Assembly (NCBI GenBank): GCA_903845085.1
Contig: CAIMWD010000043.1
Coordinates: 1 to 42,607 of the forward strand
Direction of reading: 5' to 3'
From: an uncultured Acidimicrobiaceae bacterium
GTDB taxonomy: Bacteria; Actinomycetota; Acidimicrobiia; Acidimicrobiales; Bog-793
DNA: 42,607 bases
Shown one piece after another: positions 10,393 through 18,842 of this stretch (position 1 is its first letter; each line of letters begins with the position of its first letter). The notes under the pieces were generated by a model. That model ran no database searches and had not been told where the DNA came from. It saw only the letters and a list, made by a program, of their open reading frames with translations. Position numbers and translations under genes: made by a program.

Positions 10393-11340
10393 CTAACCCT
10401 GCTGAGAGAGGTGGAGGAGTGCACGCTCGATCTGCTGCGCGAGCACGACGATGCGCGGACCCCAGCGAGAGGCGATGTCATCGTTCAATCCGATGACGTT
10501 GCCCTTCGCAACCGCACTCATCGTGGACCATCCCGCTCGACTACGAACGGTCGTGACCGATTGGCCACAACAGAGCGTGTCCGCGAGAAAGATCAGCCGC
10601 GGATTCTTCGCCACGATGTACTCAGAGGAGAGCTGGGGATAGCCCGTGGCCGCGCCGCTCGCCGCATCGGCGATGTTGTGCAATCCAAACAGCGAGAAGA
10701 TCTGTCCAAGAAAGGTCGCCGAAGTCGCGGAGTAATAGGTCTGATCCAATTCGACGTAGTAACTGAGATGCCGCGTCGCCACCGGCACCGCTGCCACCAC
10801 CGCTGCGATCCTTGCCCGCATCGTGGAGATGAGTCTCTGCGCCGCAGCTGAATTGCCCGTCAGGGCACCGAGAGAGGCGATCTCGCCGTAGGCACCGGAG
10901 ATAGTCGTCGTCGCTGGCTCCTCGGCAACGGGGATATGCAGCTTTGCAAGCGCAGCGATCACACCACCCTCGTTCCCCGAGACCACGACGAGATCGGGGT
11001 TGTAGTGCGCAATGGCCTCAATGTTGGGGGTGTAACCACTGAGTGCAGAGACTGGCGCGCTTCGTGGATAGGTCGAGTCATTGTCGACTGCGATGACCTG
11101 ATGGCCCGCGCCGACCGCAAAGAGGTCCTCCGTTGCGGTCGGTGAGAGCGAGATGATGCGGGTGGGTCGCGCGGGGATGGTCACGACACCATTAGCAAGT
11201 CGAACCGTAACCGGAAAGTGGCCGGCCTTTGTTGCTGCTGAGACGGCACCGGTGACACCGAGCGCAATGCCGAGTGAGCCCGAGAGGGCAACCACAACAG
11301 CAAGTGATCGAAGACGTGGCGCAATTTGTAGACGGTACAC
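10393..11340 (-). CDS. Periplasmic-binding-protein (BtuF/FecB type) ABC substrate-binding protein
   Basis: Signal peptide-like N-terminus. PBP-fold pattern PTRIISLSPTATEDLFAVGAG...VIAV, NPDLVV, IASRWGPR. GTG start with GAAGGAAA RBS. It sits directly downstream of a cobalamin riboswitch. Confidence 0.85.
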   Translation of the reverse strand: MYRLQIAPRLRSLAVVVALSGSLGIALGVTGAVSAATKAGHFPVTVRLANGVVTIPARPTRIISLSPTATEDLFAVGAGHQVIAVDNDSTYPRSAPVSALSGYTPNIEAIAHYNPDLVVVSGNEGGVIAALAKLHIPVAEEPATTTISGAYGEIASLGALTGNSAAAQRLISTMRARIAAVVAAVPVATRHLSYYVELDQTYYSATSATFLGQIFSLFGLHNIADAASGAATGYPQLSSEYIVAKNPRLIFLADTLCCGQSVTTVRSRAGWSTMSAVAKGNVIGLNDDIASRWGPRIVVLAQQIERALLHLSQQG

Positions 11341-11464
11341 GAGTGAATTTCCTTCTGGTCAGACGCGTGACCGATTGGTCGCCGCCACCACGAAGGGCCA
11401 AGCTCACTCCGGGCACCATCCCCGGAACATGACCTCAGTCACCCTACGCGAGGGACGAGTTCGT

Positions 11465-11632
11465 TCTGCGAGGCAGGTCTCCTGGCTCCTGGTTCATCGC
11501 TCGTCCGCACCTTCCCAAGAATTGCTTCTCAGTGGTCTCTTGCGGAGTCACTCCCAGTCACAGTGGCGCGACCGCGTCGGTTTTTCACCGACTTCCCTTT
11601 TCAACACTGACGTTTGAGACGTCAGCATCACC
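11465..11632 (-). promoter_or_regulatory. Cobalamin (AdoCbl) riboswitch leader of the ABC importer operon
   Basis: The - strand reads GGTGATGCTGACG...GTTGAAAAGGGAAGTCGGTGAAAAACCGACGCGGTCGCGCCACTGTGA...GAGACCACTGAGAAGCAATTCTTGGGAAGGTGCGG...AGCCAGGAGACCTGCC. It contains the B12 box GCCACTG (+ coordinates 11571-11577) and the conserved GGGAAG/GGTGAAA/GGGAAGG/CAGGAGACCTGCC blocks. Confidence 0.85.
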
Positions 11633-11768
11633 TTGCAGATGTATTTAATTTTCAAGGTAGTACTCACGATGGAAAAACCATCGTGCCCCTGCATCCTTGC
11701 CGAGCATCATCCACTTCGCAAGTGGGACCACCAAGCCACGAGATCTTGCGTCGAAGATTCCCAGAGTG

Positions 11769-11816
11769 ACGAGATCTCTGGGTCACGAGATCTCTGGGTC
11801 ACGAGATCTTTGGGTC
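11769..11816. repeat. 16-bp tandem repeat x3 (ACGAGATCTCTGGGTC), each unit containing the palindrome GAGATCTC
   Basis: Read directly. Units at 11769-11784, 11785-11800 and 11801-11816 (the third has one change). A degenerate fourth copy, acgagatcttgcgtc, lies at about 11738-11752. Intergenic, between the MMPL stop and the riboswitch promoter region. Confidence 0.9.
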
Positions 11817-11851
11817 ATCTGATCCCGCTTTGGTCCGAGGTCTATCGCGAT

Positions 11852-14026
11852 CTAGTCGACCGATGCCGCTGAGGAGACCGGGTGTGGCGCCTCCCTGGGC
11901 TGAGAGTGCAAAAGTTTGGCGAATCGCGGCGGATACCACCAGTTCCACCGACCAAAGAGTGCGATCAATGCCGGAACCAACAGGGCACGCACCACAGTGG
12001 CGTCCAACAAGATGCCCGCGCCAAGTCCAGTCGCGAGCACTTTGATATCGGTGTCGGGAGCGGATGCAAGTGAGGCAAAGGCGAGAAAGAGAATCAGTGC
12101 CGCGCTCGTGACGAGGCGACCAGTGCGCCCGAGTCCCTCAACGACGGCGCCATTCGTCGATCCGGAGCGGTCATACTCCTCGCTAATGCGGCTCAAGATA
12201 AAGACCTCGTAGTCCATCGAAAGTCCAAAGAGGAAGGCAAAGATCATCGTTGGAAGCCAGAAGGTGATCGCACCCGTCGCCGGGATATTGAAGACGACCG
12301 ATGATCCATGCCCGTCCTGCCAGAACCAAACGAGGAGCCCAAAGGTCGCCGCGAGCGAGACAAGGTTCAGCAAGACGGCCTTCACCGCAAGGAAGATCGA
12401 ACGGAATGAACGTGCGAGGAGGAGGAAGGTCAAGAGCGCGATGATCGCAAACATCAGCGGGAATTGACTAAACACCGCGTGGACGTAGTCCTGCTGGATA
12501 GAGCCGACACCTGTTACCCCCACCACGCCGTGGACACCAGCGAGCTCGCTTTGGACGGCGTTGACCGGCGCAAGGGTCTGGTTGTTGACCGTCTGCTCAG
12601 TAGGAACCGCGAGAATATCAACCTCACCATCGCGTACCGCGCCAGGACCCGTGGGAACCGCAACCGATCCAATGCCCGAGGTGCGTGCGAGTAGCTGTGC
12701 GACGTGAGCGGCCTCGCTCTCGTGGACAAGGACCTCTATCGGCGTCAAAACTCCGGAGGGGACGCCTCCCTCCAGCAGTGTCGTGTACGCAACGTGCGCT
12801 TTGCCCACCTTGGAGAATGCGGAGGCGCTCGTCTGTCCAATCTTGAGACCAAAGACCGGGGTGATGCACAGGACGAGAACGACAATTGCCGCTCCCGCAG
12901 CGATCCAACGGTTTCGGGTGATGAGATGTGCCCACCGACTCCATCCACGGCTTGCCCGATCTTCATGGCGGATCCGAGGCCAATCGACGCGTGGACCGAC
13001 ACCACCAAGGATTGCAGGAAGCAGCGTCAAGACCACGAGGATGGAGACGAGAGGGATCAACATCCCACCGATGCCCGTGGAGCGAAGACTTGGCACCGGG
13101 ATCACGATCAGTGCCAGCAGGCCGATCGCGACGGTAAGGCCGGAGAGCAGGACGGCGTGTCCTGCCGTCTCGACAGCGATCTTTACCGCAGTTGCATTAT
13201 CGGCACCGTGCGCACGCTCCTCGCGCCAGCGTGTGACAAGGAGAAGGGAGTAGTCGATGCCAATACCGAGGCCCACCAGAGCGACGAGGAACTGGACGAT
13301 AAAAGAGACCGGCGTGAGATAGGTAAGGCCGAGAAGCACGAGGAAGGTGGCCAGGATGGAGACGCTGGCGATGAGGAGCGGCACGAGAGCCAAGAACGAG
13401 GCGAAGACAAAACCAAGTACCGCCAGTGCACCGAGACCACCAAAGAGGGTCTCGACAAGGACACCGGGCCCCTTCGTAGCGCCGCCAGAGGCAAGCTGAT
13501 TAAGTCCGGTGACGCCAATGGAGTAACCGGGAAGTAGGTGCTGTGCGATCTTGAGCGCCACCTGCGCGTTCTGATCCGGGGCAAAGGAGGTTGGCGGTGG
13601 AGTGTAGACAAAGGCAAAGGTGCTGTGTCCGTCGTTGGTGTTAAAGCCCGTGTCACCGGTATTGGAAAAATCAACGACGCGAACTTTGGTATCAAGAGCG
13701 GAGACGACGCTCAGCGCGCCGCCGATCTTGGCGCTATCGGCACGTAGCGTCTGCCCCTTTGGCACGGTGACCACAACGATGGCGGGAGCCCCCTCCCCTC
13801 CATTGCCATAGAGGTGCAGCACCTGTTGGCTCGTCACATAGCCCGGCTGACCGGGAAGTGAGAAATCAAAGGCGAGGCGACTGGAGATCTTGCCTGCCGC
13901 TCCACCGCCGGCAAGAAAGACAACAAGCCAGAAGATCATGACGGCGCGTCGATGCCGCAGGACAAGATCAGCGAGACGCGACAACAGACTCGATGGGATA
14001 ACGGCACGTGCACGGCCGGAGGACAT
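11852..14026 (-). CDS. MMPL-family (RND superfamily) membrane transporter
   Basis: 724 aa with two blocks of about 6 TM segments, each preceded by a soluble loop. MMPL-typical GIDYSLLLVTRWREE and GLSMDYEVFILSRISEEY motifs. AAGGAG RBS. Confidence 0.88.
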   Translation of the reverse strand: MSSGRARAVIPSSLLSRLADLVLRHRRAVMIFWLVVFLAGGGAAGKISSRLAFDFSLPGQPGYVTSQQVLHLYGNGGEGAPAIVVVTVPKGQTLRADSAKIGGALSVVSALDTKVRVVDFSNTGDTGFNTNDGHSTFAFVYTPPPTSFAPDQNAQVALKIAQHLLPGYSIGVTGLNQLASGGATKGPGVLVETLFGGLGALAVLGFVFASFLALVPLLIASVSILATFLVLLGLTYLTPVSFIVQFLVALVGLGIGIDYSLLLVTRWREERAHGADNATAVKIAVETAGHAVLLSGLTVAIGLLALIVIPVPSLRSTGIGGMLIPLVSILVVLTLLPAILGGVGPRVDWPRIRHEDRASRGWSRWAHLITRNRWIAAGAAIVVLVLCITPVFGLKIGQTSASAFSKVGKAHVAYTTLLEGGVPSGVLTPIEVLVHESEAAHVAQLLARTSGIGSVAVPTGPGAVRDGEVDILAVPTEQTVNNQTLAPVNAVQSELAGVHGVVGVTGVGSIQQDYVHAVFSQFPLMFAIIALLTFLLLARSFRSIFLAVKAVLLNLVSLAATFGLLVWFWQDGHGSSVVFNIPATGAITFWLPTMIFAFLFGLSMDYEVFILSRISEEYDRSGSTNGAVVEGLGRTGRLVTSAALILFLAFASLASAPDTDIKVLATGLGAGILLDATVVRALLVPALIALFGRWNWWYPPRFAKLLHSQPREAPHPVSSAASVD

Positions 14027-14215
14027 AGCGCTCCTTGAGGGGGGTGGGGATCTTCGCGGGTGCCATCGTAGAGGGAGTTCACAATTCAGCGCTCAACAGC
14101 CCTCTGGTCTGCCAACTCAGACCGGTCTTTGAGCAGTGCGTCACCAACGCTGAGCGCGGCGGGCTCCCCTAGGCTTGACGAGGACGCACCGATGACACCA
14201 CCACGGAGGAGCCAG

Positions 14216-15886
14216 ATGCAGCCACTTGGCGTAGGACCCGCAGATCATCAGCCCGAGGGTCCACTCGTCTTTCTCGTGTTGGATGGTGTGGGCTGTGGAC
14301 TCGGTGACCGTTTCGATGCGGTAGCGAGCGCCCCGACGCCGGCACTTGACGCCCTGCGCAGTGAGGGGGTGCATCGCACCCTTCGTGCACACGGGACTGC
14401 AGTGGGCCTGGGCTCTGAGGCCGACATGGGAAACTCCGAGGTCGGCCACAACACCCTTGGTGCGGGACGGATCTTCGATCAGGGCGCAAAACAGATCGAC
14501 AAGGCGATCGATTCGGGGAGGATCTGGGAGGGTGAGTGGGAGACGCTTGTCGCTACCGCAAAAGCTCCTGGCGCCACACTGCATCTCATCGGCCTGCTCT
14601 CCGATGGAAATGTGCACGCCTCGATGGCGCATCTCTTTACGGTTCTCGACCGTGCCGCCGGTGATGGAGTCTCCCGAATCCGCATTCATGTGCTGCTCGA
14701 TGGACGCGACGTCCCCGACTTCTCTGCCCTTACCTACATCGACACCCTTGAGAACGAACTTTTGCGGCTCCACGAGCGCTACGGGGTCGACGCCAGGATC
14801 GCAAGTGGCGGCGGTCGTATGTCGACCACCATGGACCGCTACGGAGCGGACTGGGCCGTCGTAGCTCGGGGGTGGCACGCTCACGTACTGGGCGATGCGA
14901 GCCCAGCGCGATCGGCGAGGGCGGCGGTCGAAGCGGCCCGGGAGGCGACAGCGGGTGTGAGTGACCAAGACCTTCCCGCCTTCACCATCATCGATGCATC
15001 GGGACTTCCGATCGGAGCGATCGTCGATGGCGATGCTGTCTTGTTGATGAATTTCCGTGGCGATCGCGCAATGGAGATTGCACGCGCGCTCACCGAGGGT
15101 GCAGGGTTTACCGAATTTGATCGCGTGCGTGTTCCTCAGATTCATTTTGCTGCAATTGCGCTCTATGACGCCGATCTCAAGATCCCTGAGCACTACCTCG
15201 TCACTCCCGAGACAGTGCCTGGCACGGCAAGTGAATACCTTGCCGCTGCCAAGGTGACCCAGTTTGCCGTGGCAGAGACGCAGAAATTTGGCCATATCAC
15301 TTACTTTTGGAACGGCAATCGCGCCGGCAAATTTGATGAAAAGCGCGAGACCTACCTCGAGATCCCCTCCGATCAGGTTCCCTTTCAGCAGATCCCTGAG
15401 ATGAAGTCAAAGGAGACCGCTGACGCGTTGATCGAGGCCATCGAGAGTAATGACTTCCAATTTCTGCGGGCCAACTTCGCCGCCGGCGACATGGTGGGAC
15501 ACACCGCCGACTTAGAGGCCACCTATCGCGCCGTCGCTGCCGTTGACAGTGCGATAGAACGCGTCGCTGCAGCGGTCGCCAAGCGCCATGGCACCCTCGT
15601 GATCACCGCCGACCATGGAAACGCTGAGGACATGGCACAGCGCGATGCCGACGGGGCGCCACTGCGCAACGCGCAGGGAACGATAGCGATGAAGACCTCG
15701 CACTCGCTCAATCCGGTCGAGTGCCTCATCGTCGAGGCAGGGCGACGACAGCTGCATCTTCGTGATGACCTGCCTCAGGCTGGACTCGCCAATGTCGCCG
15801 CCACGTTGATTGAGCTCATGGGCTTCGTGGCACCTGTGGAGTATGAGCCATCACTCCTCTCCTGGTCCGCCTCCGCGCAAGCGTGA
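14216..15886 (+). CDS. gpmI: 2,3-bisphosphoglycerate-independent phosphoglycerate mutase
   Basis: LDGVG, MGNSEVGHNTLGAGR, LLSDGNVHAS, DGRD, GDMVGHT and ITADHGNAE motifs. Start set to the ATG at 14216, preceded by GGAGGA at 14205-14210. The ORF is open from 14129. Confidence 0.9.
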   Translation: MQPLGVGPADHQPEGPLVFLVLDGVGCGLGDRFDAVASAPTPALDALRSEGVHRTLRAHGTAVGLGSEADMGNSEVGHNTLGAGRIFDQGAKQIDKAIDSGRIWEGEWETLVATAKAPGATLHLIGLLSDGNVHASMAHLFTVLDRAAGDGVSRIRIHVLLDGRDVPDFSALTYIDTLENELLRLHERYGVDARIASGGGRMSTTMDRYGADWAVVARGWHAHVLGDASPARSARAAVEAAREATAGVSDQDLPAFTIIDASGLPIGAIVDGDAVLLMNFRGDRAMEIARALTEGAGFTEFDRVRVPQIHFAAIALYDADLKIPEHYLVTPETVPGTASEYLAAAKVTQFAVAETQKFGHITYFWNGNRAGKFDEKRETYLEIPSDQVPFQQIPEMKSKETADALIEAIESNDFQFLRANFAAGDMVGHTADLEATYRAVAAVDSAIERVAAAVAKRHGTLVITADHGNAEDMAQRDADGAPLRNAQGTIAMKTSHSLNPVECLIVEAGRRQLHLRDDLPQAGLANVAATLIELMGFVAPVEYEPSLLSWSASAQA

Positions 15887-15890
15887 GCTG

Positions 15891-15922
15891 ACCGAGCACC
15901 GAGCACCGAGCACCGAGCACCG
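15891..15922. repeat. Heptanucleotide tandem repeat (ACCGAGC) x4.5
   Basis: Read directly: accgagc accgagc accgagc accgagc accg, followed immediately by the ATG of the GNAT gene. It begins 5 nt after the gpmI stop. Confidence 0.95.
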
Positions 15923-16489
15923 ATGGAGCTCAAAGCGCGCAGTGAGCACTCGTCGACACGACCAGATATTCGTCGAGCAGAGTTTACGGAGGCGTCCGCG
16001 ATCGCCGCGCTCATCGAGTCCTGTTATCGCGGCGAGAGCGCCGCGCAGGGGTGGACGAGTGAGGCGAACCTCGTCAGTGGCGACCGCACCTCTCGGGAGG
16101 AGATCGAGAGCATCATCGCCTCGCCGCGATCCCTGCTTTTAGTTGGGGTGGAGAGCGAACAGATCATCGGTTGCGTCAAGCTCGAGCAACGCAATTCTCA
16201 GGAGGTCTTTCTCGGCATGCTCTGTGTGCATCCAACCCGACAACAACAGCGATTTGGCTCCATGCTCATCGCGAGGGCAGAGGAGGCGGCACACGAGCAC
16301 TTTGACGCAGAGAAAATTGAGTTGTGGGTACTCTCCGGACGCGATGAGTTAATTGCTTGGTACGAACGCCGTGGCTTTAGCGCGACGGGCGCGATGATTG
16401 ATTTTGGGGAAGAGGTCGATCCCTCCCTTGCCCTCGTCAACGATCTCGCCTTCATCGTCTTTCAAAAATCGATTGCACGCGAGCGGTAG
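15923..16489 (+). CDS. GNAT-family N-acetyltransferase
   Basis: Motif A region LGMLCVHPTRQQQRFGSMLI and C-terminal WYERRGF. No Shine-Dalgarno is visible because the repeat array occupies the whole leader. Confidence 0.8.
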   Translation: MELKARSEHSSTRPDIRRAEFTEASAIAALIESCYRGESAAQGWTSEANLVSGDRTSREEIESIIASPRSLLLVGVESEQIIGCVKLEQRNSQEVFLGMLCVHPTRQQQRFGSMLIARAEEAAHEHFDAEKIELWVLSGRDELIAWYERRGFSATGAMIDFGEEVDPSLALVNDLAFIVFQKSIARER

Positions 16490-16564
16490 CTTTCGCGCCA
16501 TCATCGGTGAGGTGGATACCTCATCGTTCACCGCGACCTCGGATCGCCGGTGCAGATGCGAGTC

Positions 16565-16777
16565 TCAGTTTTTTGGCGGGGCGATCGCAACGGGCCTGTA
16601 GAGGCCACCCGAGTGCAGATCGCAGGCGCTCACCAATCGAGCGATACCCTTCGGCGGGTTATAGTGACCACGCCAGCAGACCTCCTCGGTGCAACCGACC
16701 AGACGTCCCTCCTCGTTTTCGACGTAGCGAAAACACTTTCCTGGGTGGGTGCTGAAGACCTCGCTCGACGTGACCAT
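16565..16777 (-). CDS. Small Cys/His-containing hypothetical protein (70 aa)
   Basis: ORF only. It fills an otherwise empty gap. It has four Cys (C15, C29, C34, C52). GGAGG sits too close to the ATG for a classical RBS. No family recognised. Confidence 0.35.
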   Translation of the reverse strand: MVTSSEVFSTHPGKCFRYVENEEGRLVGCTEEVCWRGHYNPPKGIARLVSACDLHSGGLYRPVAIAPPKN

Positions 16778-16914
16778 ACCTCCATGGTCTCACGCATCTG
16801 ACCCAAGATCAGCACAGAGATCACCCCAGCTCATCGCTGCCGAGGCAGGCTCCCAAAGGGCGCCAGATAGGCCCTGCTGCCCTGTACAGAGCGCGATGAC
16901 GTTACATTGCCACT

Positions 16915-17196
16915 ATGACAAGTGTCGAAGAATCGGTACAGTCGCGTCTCTCCGAACCGCAGCTCGATGGGGGTCATGAACGATTTACCCACATCGTGCT
17001 GGAGGGATACCGACCGACACCGGAAGATTTTGTGGCAACCGGTAACTCTGTCGTAGAGGGGATGATCAACGGCACCCCGGTGAAGGCGCTCTGTGGAAAG
17101 GTCTGGGTTCCCAATAATGACCCAACCCGCTACCCCATCTGCCCCACCTGTCGAGAGATCGCCGAACGAAACGGCTGGGCGGTTCCGAAGGTCTAA
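16915..17196 (+). CDS. DUF3039-family protein (conserved actinobacterial)
   Basis: HERFTHIV...ALCGKVWVPNNDPTRYPICPTCREI matches the DUF3039 signature (ALCGK.W.P..DP..FP.CP.C). TACATT lies 6 nt upstream of the ATG, which may indicate a leaderless transcript. Confidence 0.8.
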   Translation: MTSVEESVQSRLSEPQLDGGHERFTHIVLEGYRPTPEDFVATGNSVVEGMINGTPVKALCGKVWVPNNDPTRYPICPTCREIAERNGWAVPKV

Positions 17197-17271
17197 GCGG
17201 TCACCGATAGGTCAACACGAACTCAGCGATCGCACCATCTTCTTCGCGGCTCAGTTGGCGCTCCCCCTCTG

Positions 17272-18042
17272 TTAAGCGAGAGCCCCATCGAGGGGAAAAC
17301 CCTCGCCGAGTAGCCGCTCACCCCGATCGGTGATCACCATCGAAAGGTAGCCCTCCGCGGCGAAGGATTCGAGTAACTCAGGTCCTGCGACACAGAGAGC
17401 CGTGGCACAGGCATCGGCCAACGCGAGATCGGGACCCACCACGGTTGCCGAGGCGACCGCGTGACGGGCACGGTGTGCAACTGGGTCGTAGAGATGCGCG
17501 CCGCGCTCGTAGGTGCCCGAGGTTGCGATCGCATGCTCAACGAGCACAACACCGGCAAGACGTTCGGCGTGGTGCGGATCTTGAATTCCAAATCGCCAAA
17601 GTACGCCCTCCTCCGGCGCACCTCTCGTCGCAATGTCTCCTCCTGCGTTGATCACCAACCTCCCAAAGTCGAGCGCGACAAGGTCATCGAGCGCCCGTTC
17701 GACCGACCAGCCCTTGACGAGCCCGGTCGGGTCCACTCCACCGGGAATTGCCCATGGATCGAACCAGCCGTCGGTCAGCGTCCGTGCATGCTCACAGAGC
17801 GCGAGCACCTCAGCTACCTCTGGCGGTAACTCTGCAAGTTCGACCTCGCCGCGGCGAAGGCGACTGATGGGACTGTGCTCTCGGTAGGTGGAGAAGACGG
17901 CATCCACCCGATGCATCCGCCGGCGCAGTGCGACCGTCGCGGAGAGCGAATCGATCGTCTCTCCCTCGGGTGAGTAGATATCGAGACTAACGACAGTGCC
18001 CATAACGGGCTCATCGTGATGAAAGCGTGAGCGCTCTGTCAT
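17272..18042 (-). CDS. apbE: FAD:protein FMN transferase (ApbE family)
   Basis: MGTVVSLDI, FDPWAIPGGVDPTGLVKGW, NAGGDI and IATSGTYERG motifs. The start lies 10 nt after the upstream gene stop. Confidence 0.85.
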   Translation of the reverse strand: MTERSRFHHDEPVMGTVVSLDIYSPEGETIDSLSATVALRRRMHRVDAVFSTYREHSPISRLRRGEVELAELPPEVAEVLALCEHARTLTDGWFDPWAIPGGVDPTGLVKGWSVERALDDLVALDFGRLVINAGGDIATRGAPEEGVLWRFGIQDPHHAERLAGVVLVEHAIATSGTYERGAHLYDPVAHRARHAVASATVVGPDLALADACATALCVAGPELLESFAAEGYLSMVITDRGERLLGEGFPLDGALA

Positions 18043-18051
18043 CGATCCTGA

Positions 18052-18672
18052 CTACTCACCCCGGTGAATCGGTTTACCCGCGAGCCAACGCGCACCGCGC
18101 TCATAGAGCGCCTCCACCTCCGGCCCGACGAGACCCGGCATATCCCGCTTCACCTCGTATCCGATGCTCGACTGCAGATAGGCAAGGTGGCGATACCCCT
18201 CAGGGAAGGAGTCGAGCACCGTTGCATCGAGTTTGAGCAAGACGGAGGAGTCAACGGGATCGATGCGATCGCGCTCGTAGATCGGCTGCCGCAATACGAT
18301 GCGCCACTCGCCCTTTCGTCGCTCAAAAAAATCATAGAAGCGACCGGTACAGACAACATCACTACGAACGTCGTGCACCATCGCTCGCTGAGAGATCGTC
18401 ATCTTGGTCTGCGCGATCGCTCGCTTACCACGACGTTCGACCGTGGTGCCACCGAGAAAATGGAGGATGCGAACGCCGCGCGAGAAGCCCTCTTGGCTCA
18501 CACGGATGAACTCCTCAAAAGATCCCTGGAACCAGGTTGCCATCATGACGCCCTCTGGGTGCCAGACGGTACGGAAGGAATCCCACTGGTTGGCATCTCG
18601 CCAGAGAACCCAGTTCTCCACTACCTCGCGGATCTGTTGACGCTCAGCGAGCGCTCTCTCCTCATTGGCCAT
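18052..18672 (-). CDS. NTF2-like (SnoaL_4-type) protein
   Basis: Start set to the ATG at 18672 (GGGAGAG RBS). The longer ORF to 18822 has no support. Pattern REVVENWVLWRDANQWDSFRTVWHPEG...TWFQGSFEEF is typical of the nuclear-transport-factor-2 fold family. Confidence 0.65.
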   Translation of the reverse strand: MANEERALAERQQIREVVENWVLWRDANQWDSFRTVWHPEGVMMATWFQGSFEEFIRVSQEGFSRGVRILHFLGGTTVERRGKRAIAQTKMTISQRAMVHDVRSDVVCTGRFYDFFERRKGEWRIVLRQPIYERDRIDPVDSSVLLKLDATVLDSFPEGYRHLAYLQSSIGYEVKRDMPGLVGPEVEALYERGARWLAGKPIHRGE

Positions 18673-18842
18673 GCTCTCTCCCAATGGTCGTTGCTCCGGC
18701 TCATGCTGCGCCGCCTTCGATGAGCATATGCCCTCTACCTCACCGCAAGATTGAGAGGGTGGCGAGTAGCGTAAGGAGGTCGCTCCCGAGGGGAATGCGG
18801 TGTGTCGTGTCCGATACGCCACGCGAGCATCAAGGAGAATGC

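Noticed and set aside
11738-11816. Possible CRISPR array
   Set aside because: The 16-bp units are directly adjacent with no spacers, which is far too short, and no cas genes are in the window. It was classified as a simple tandem repeat.
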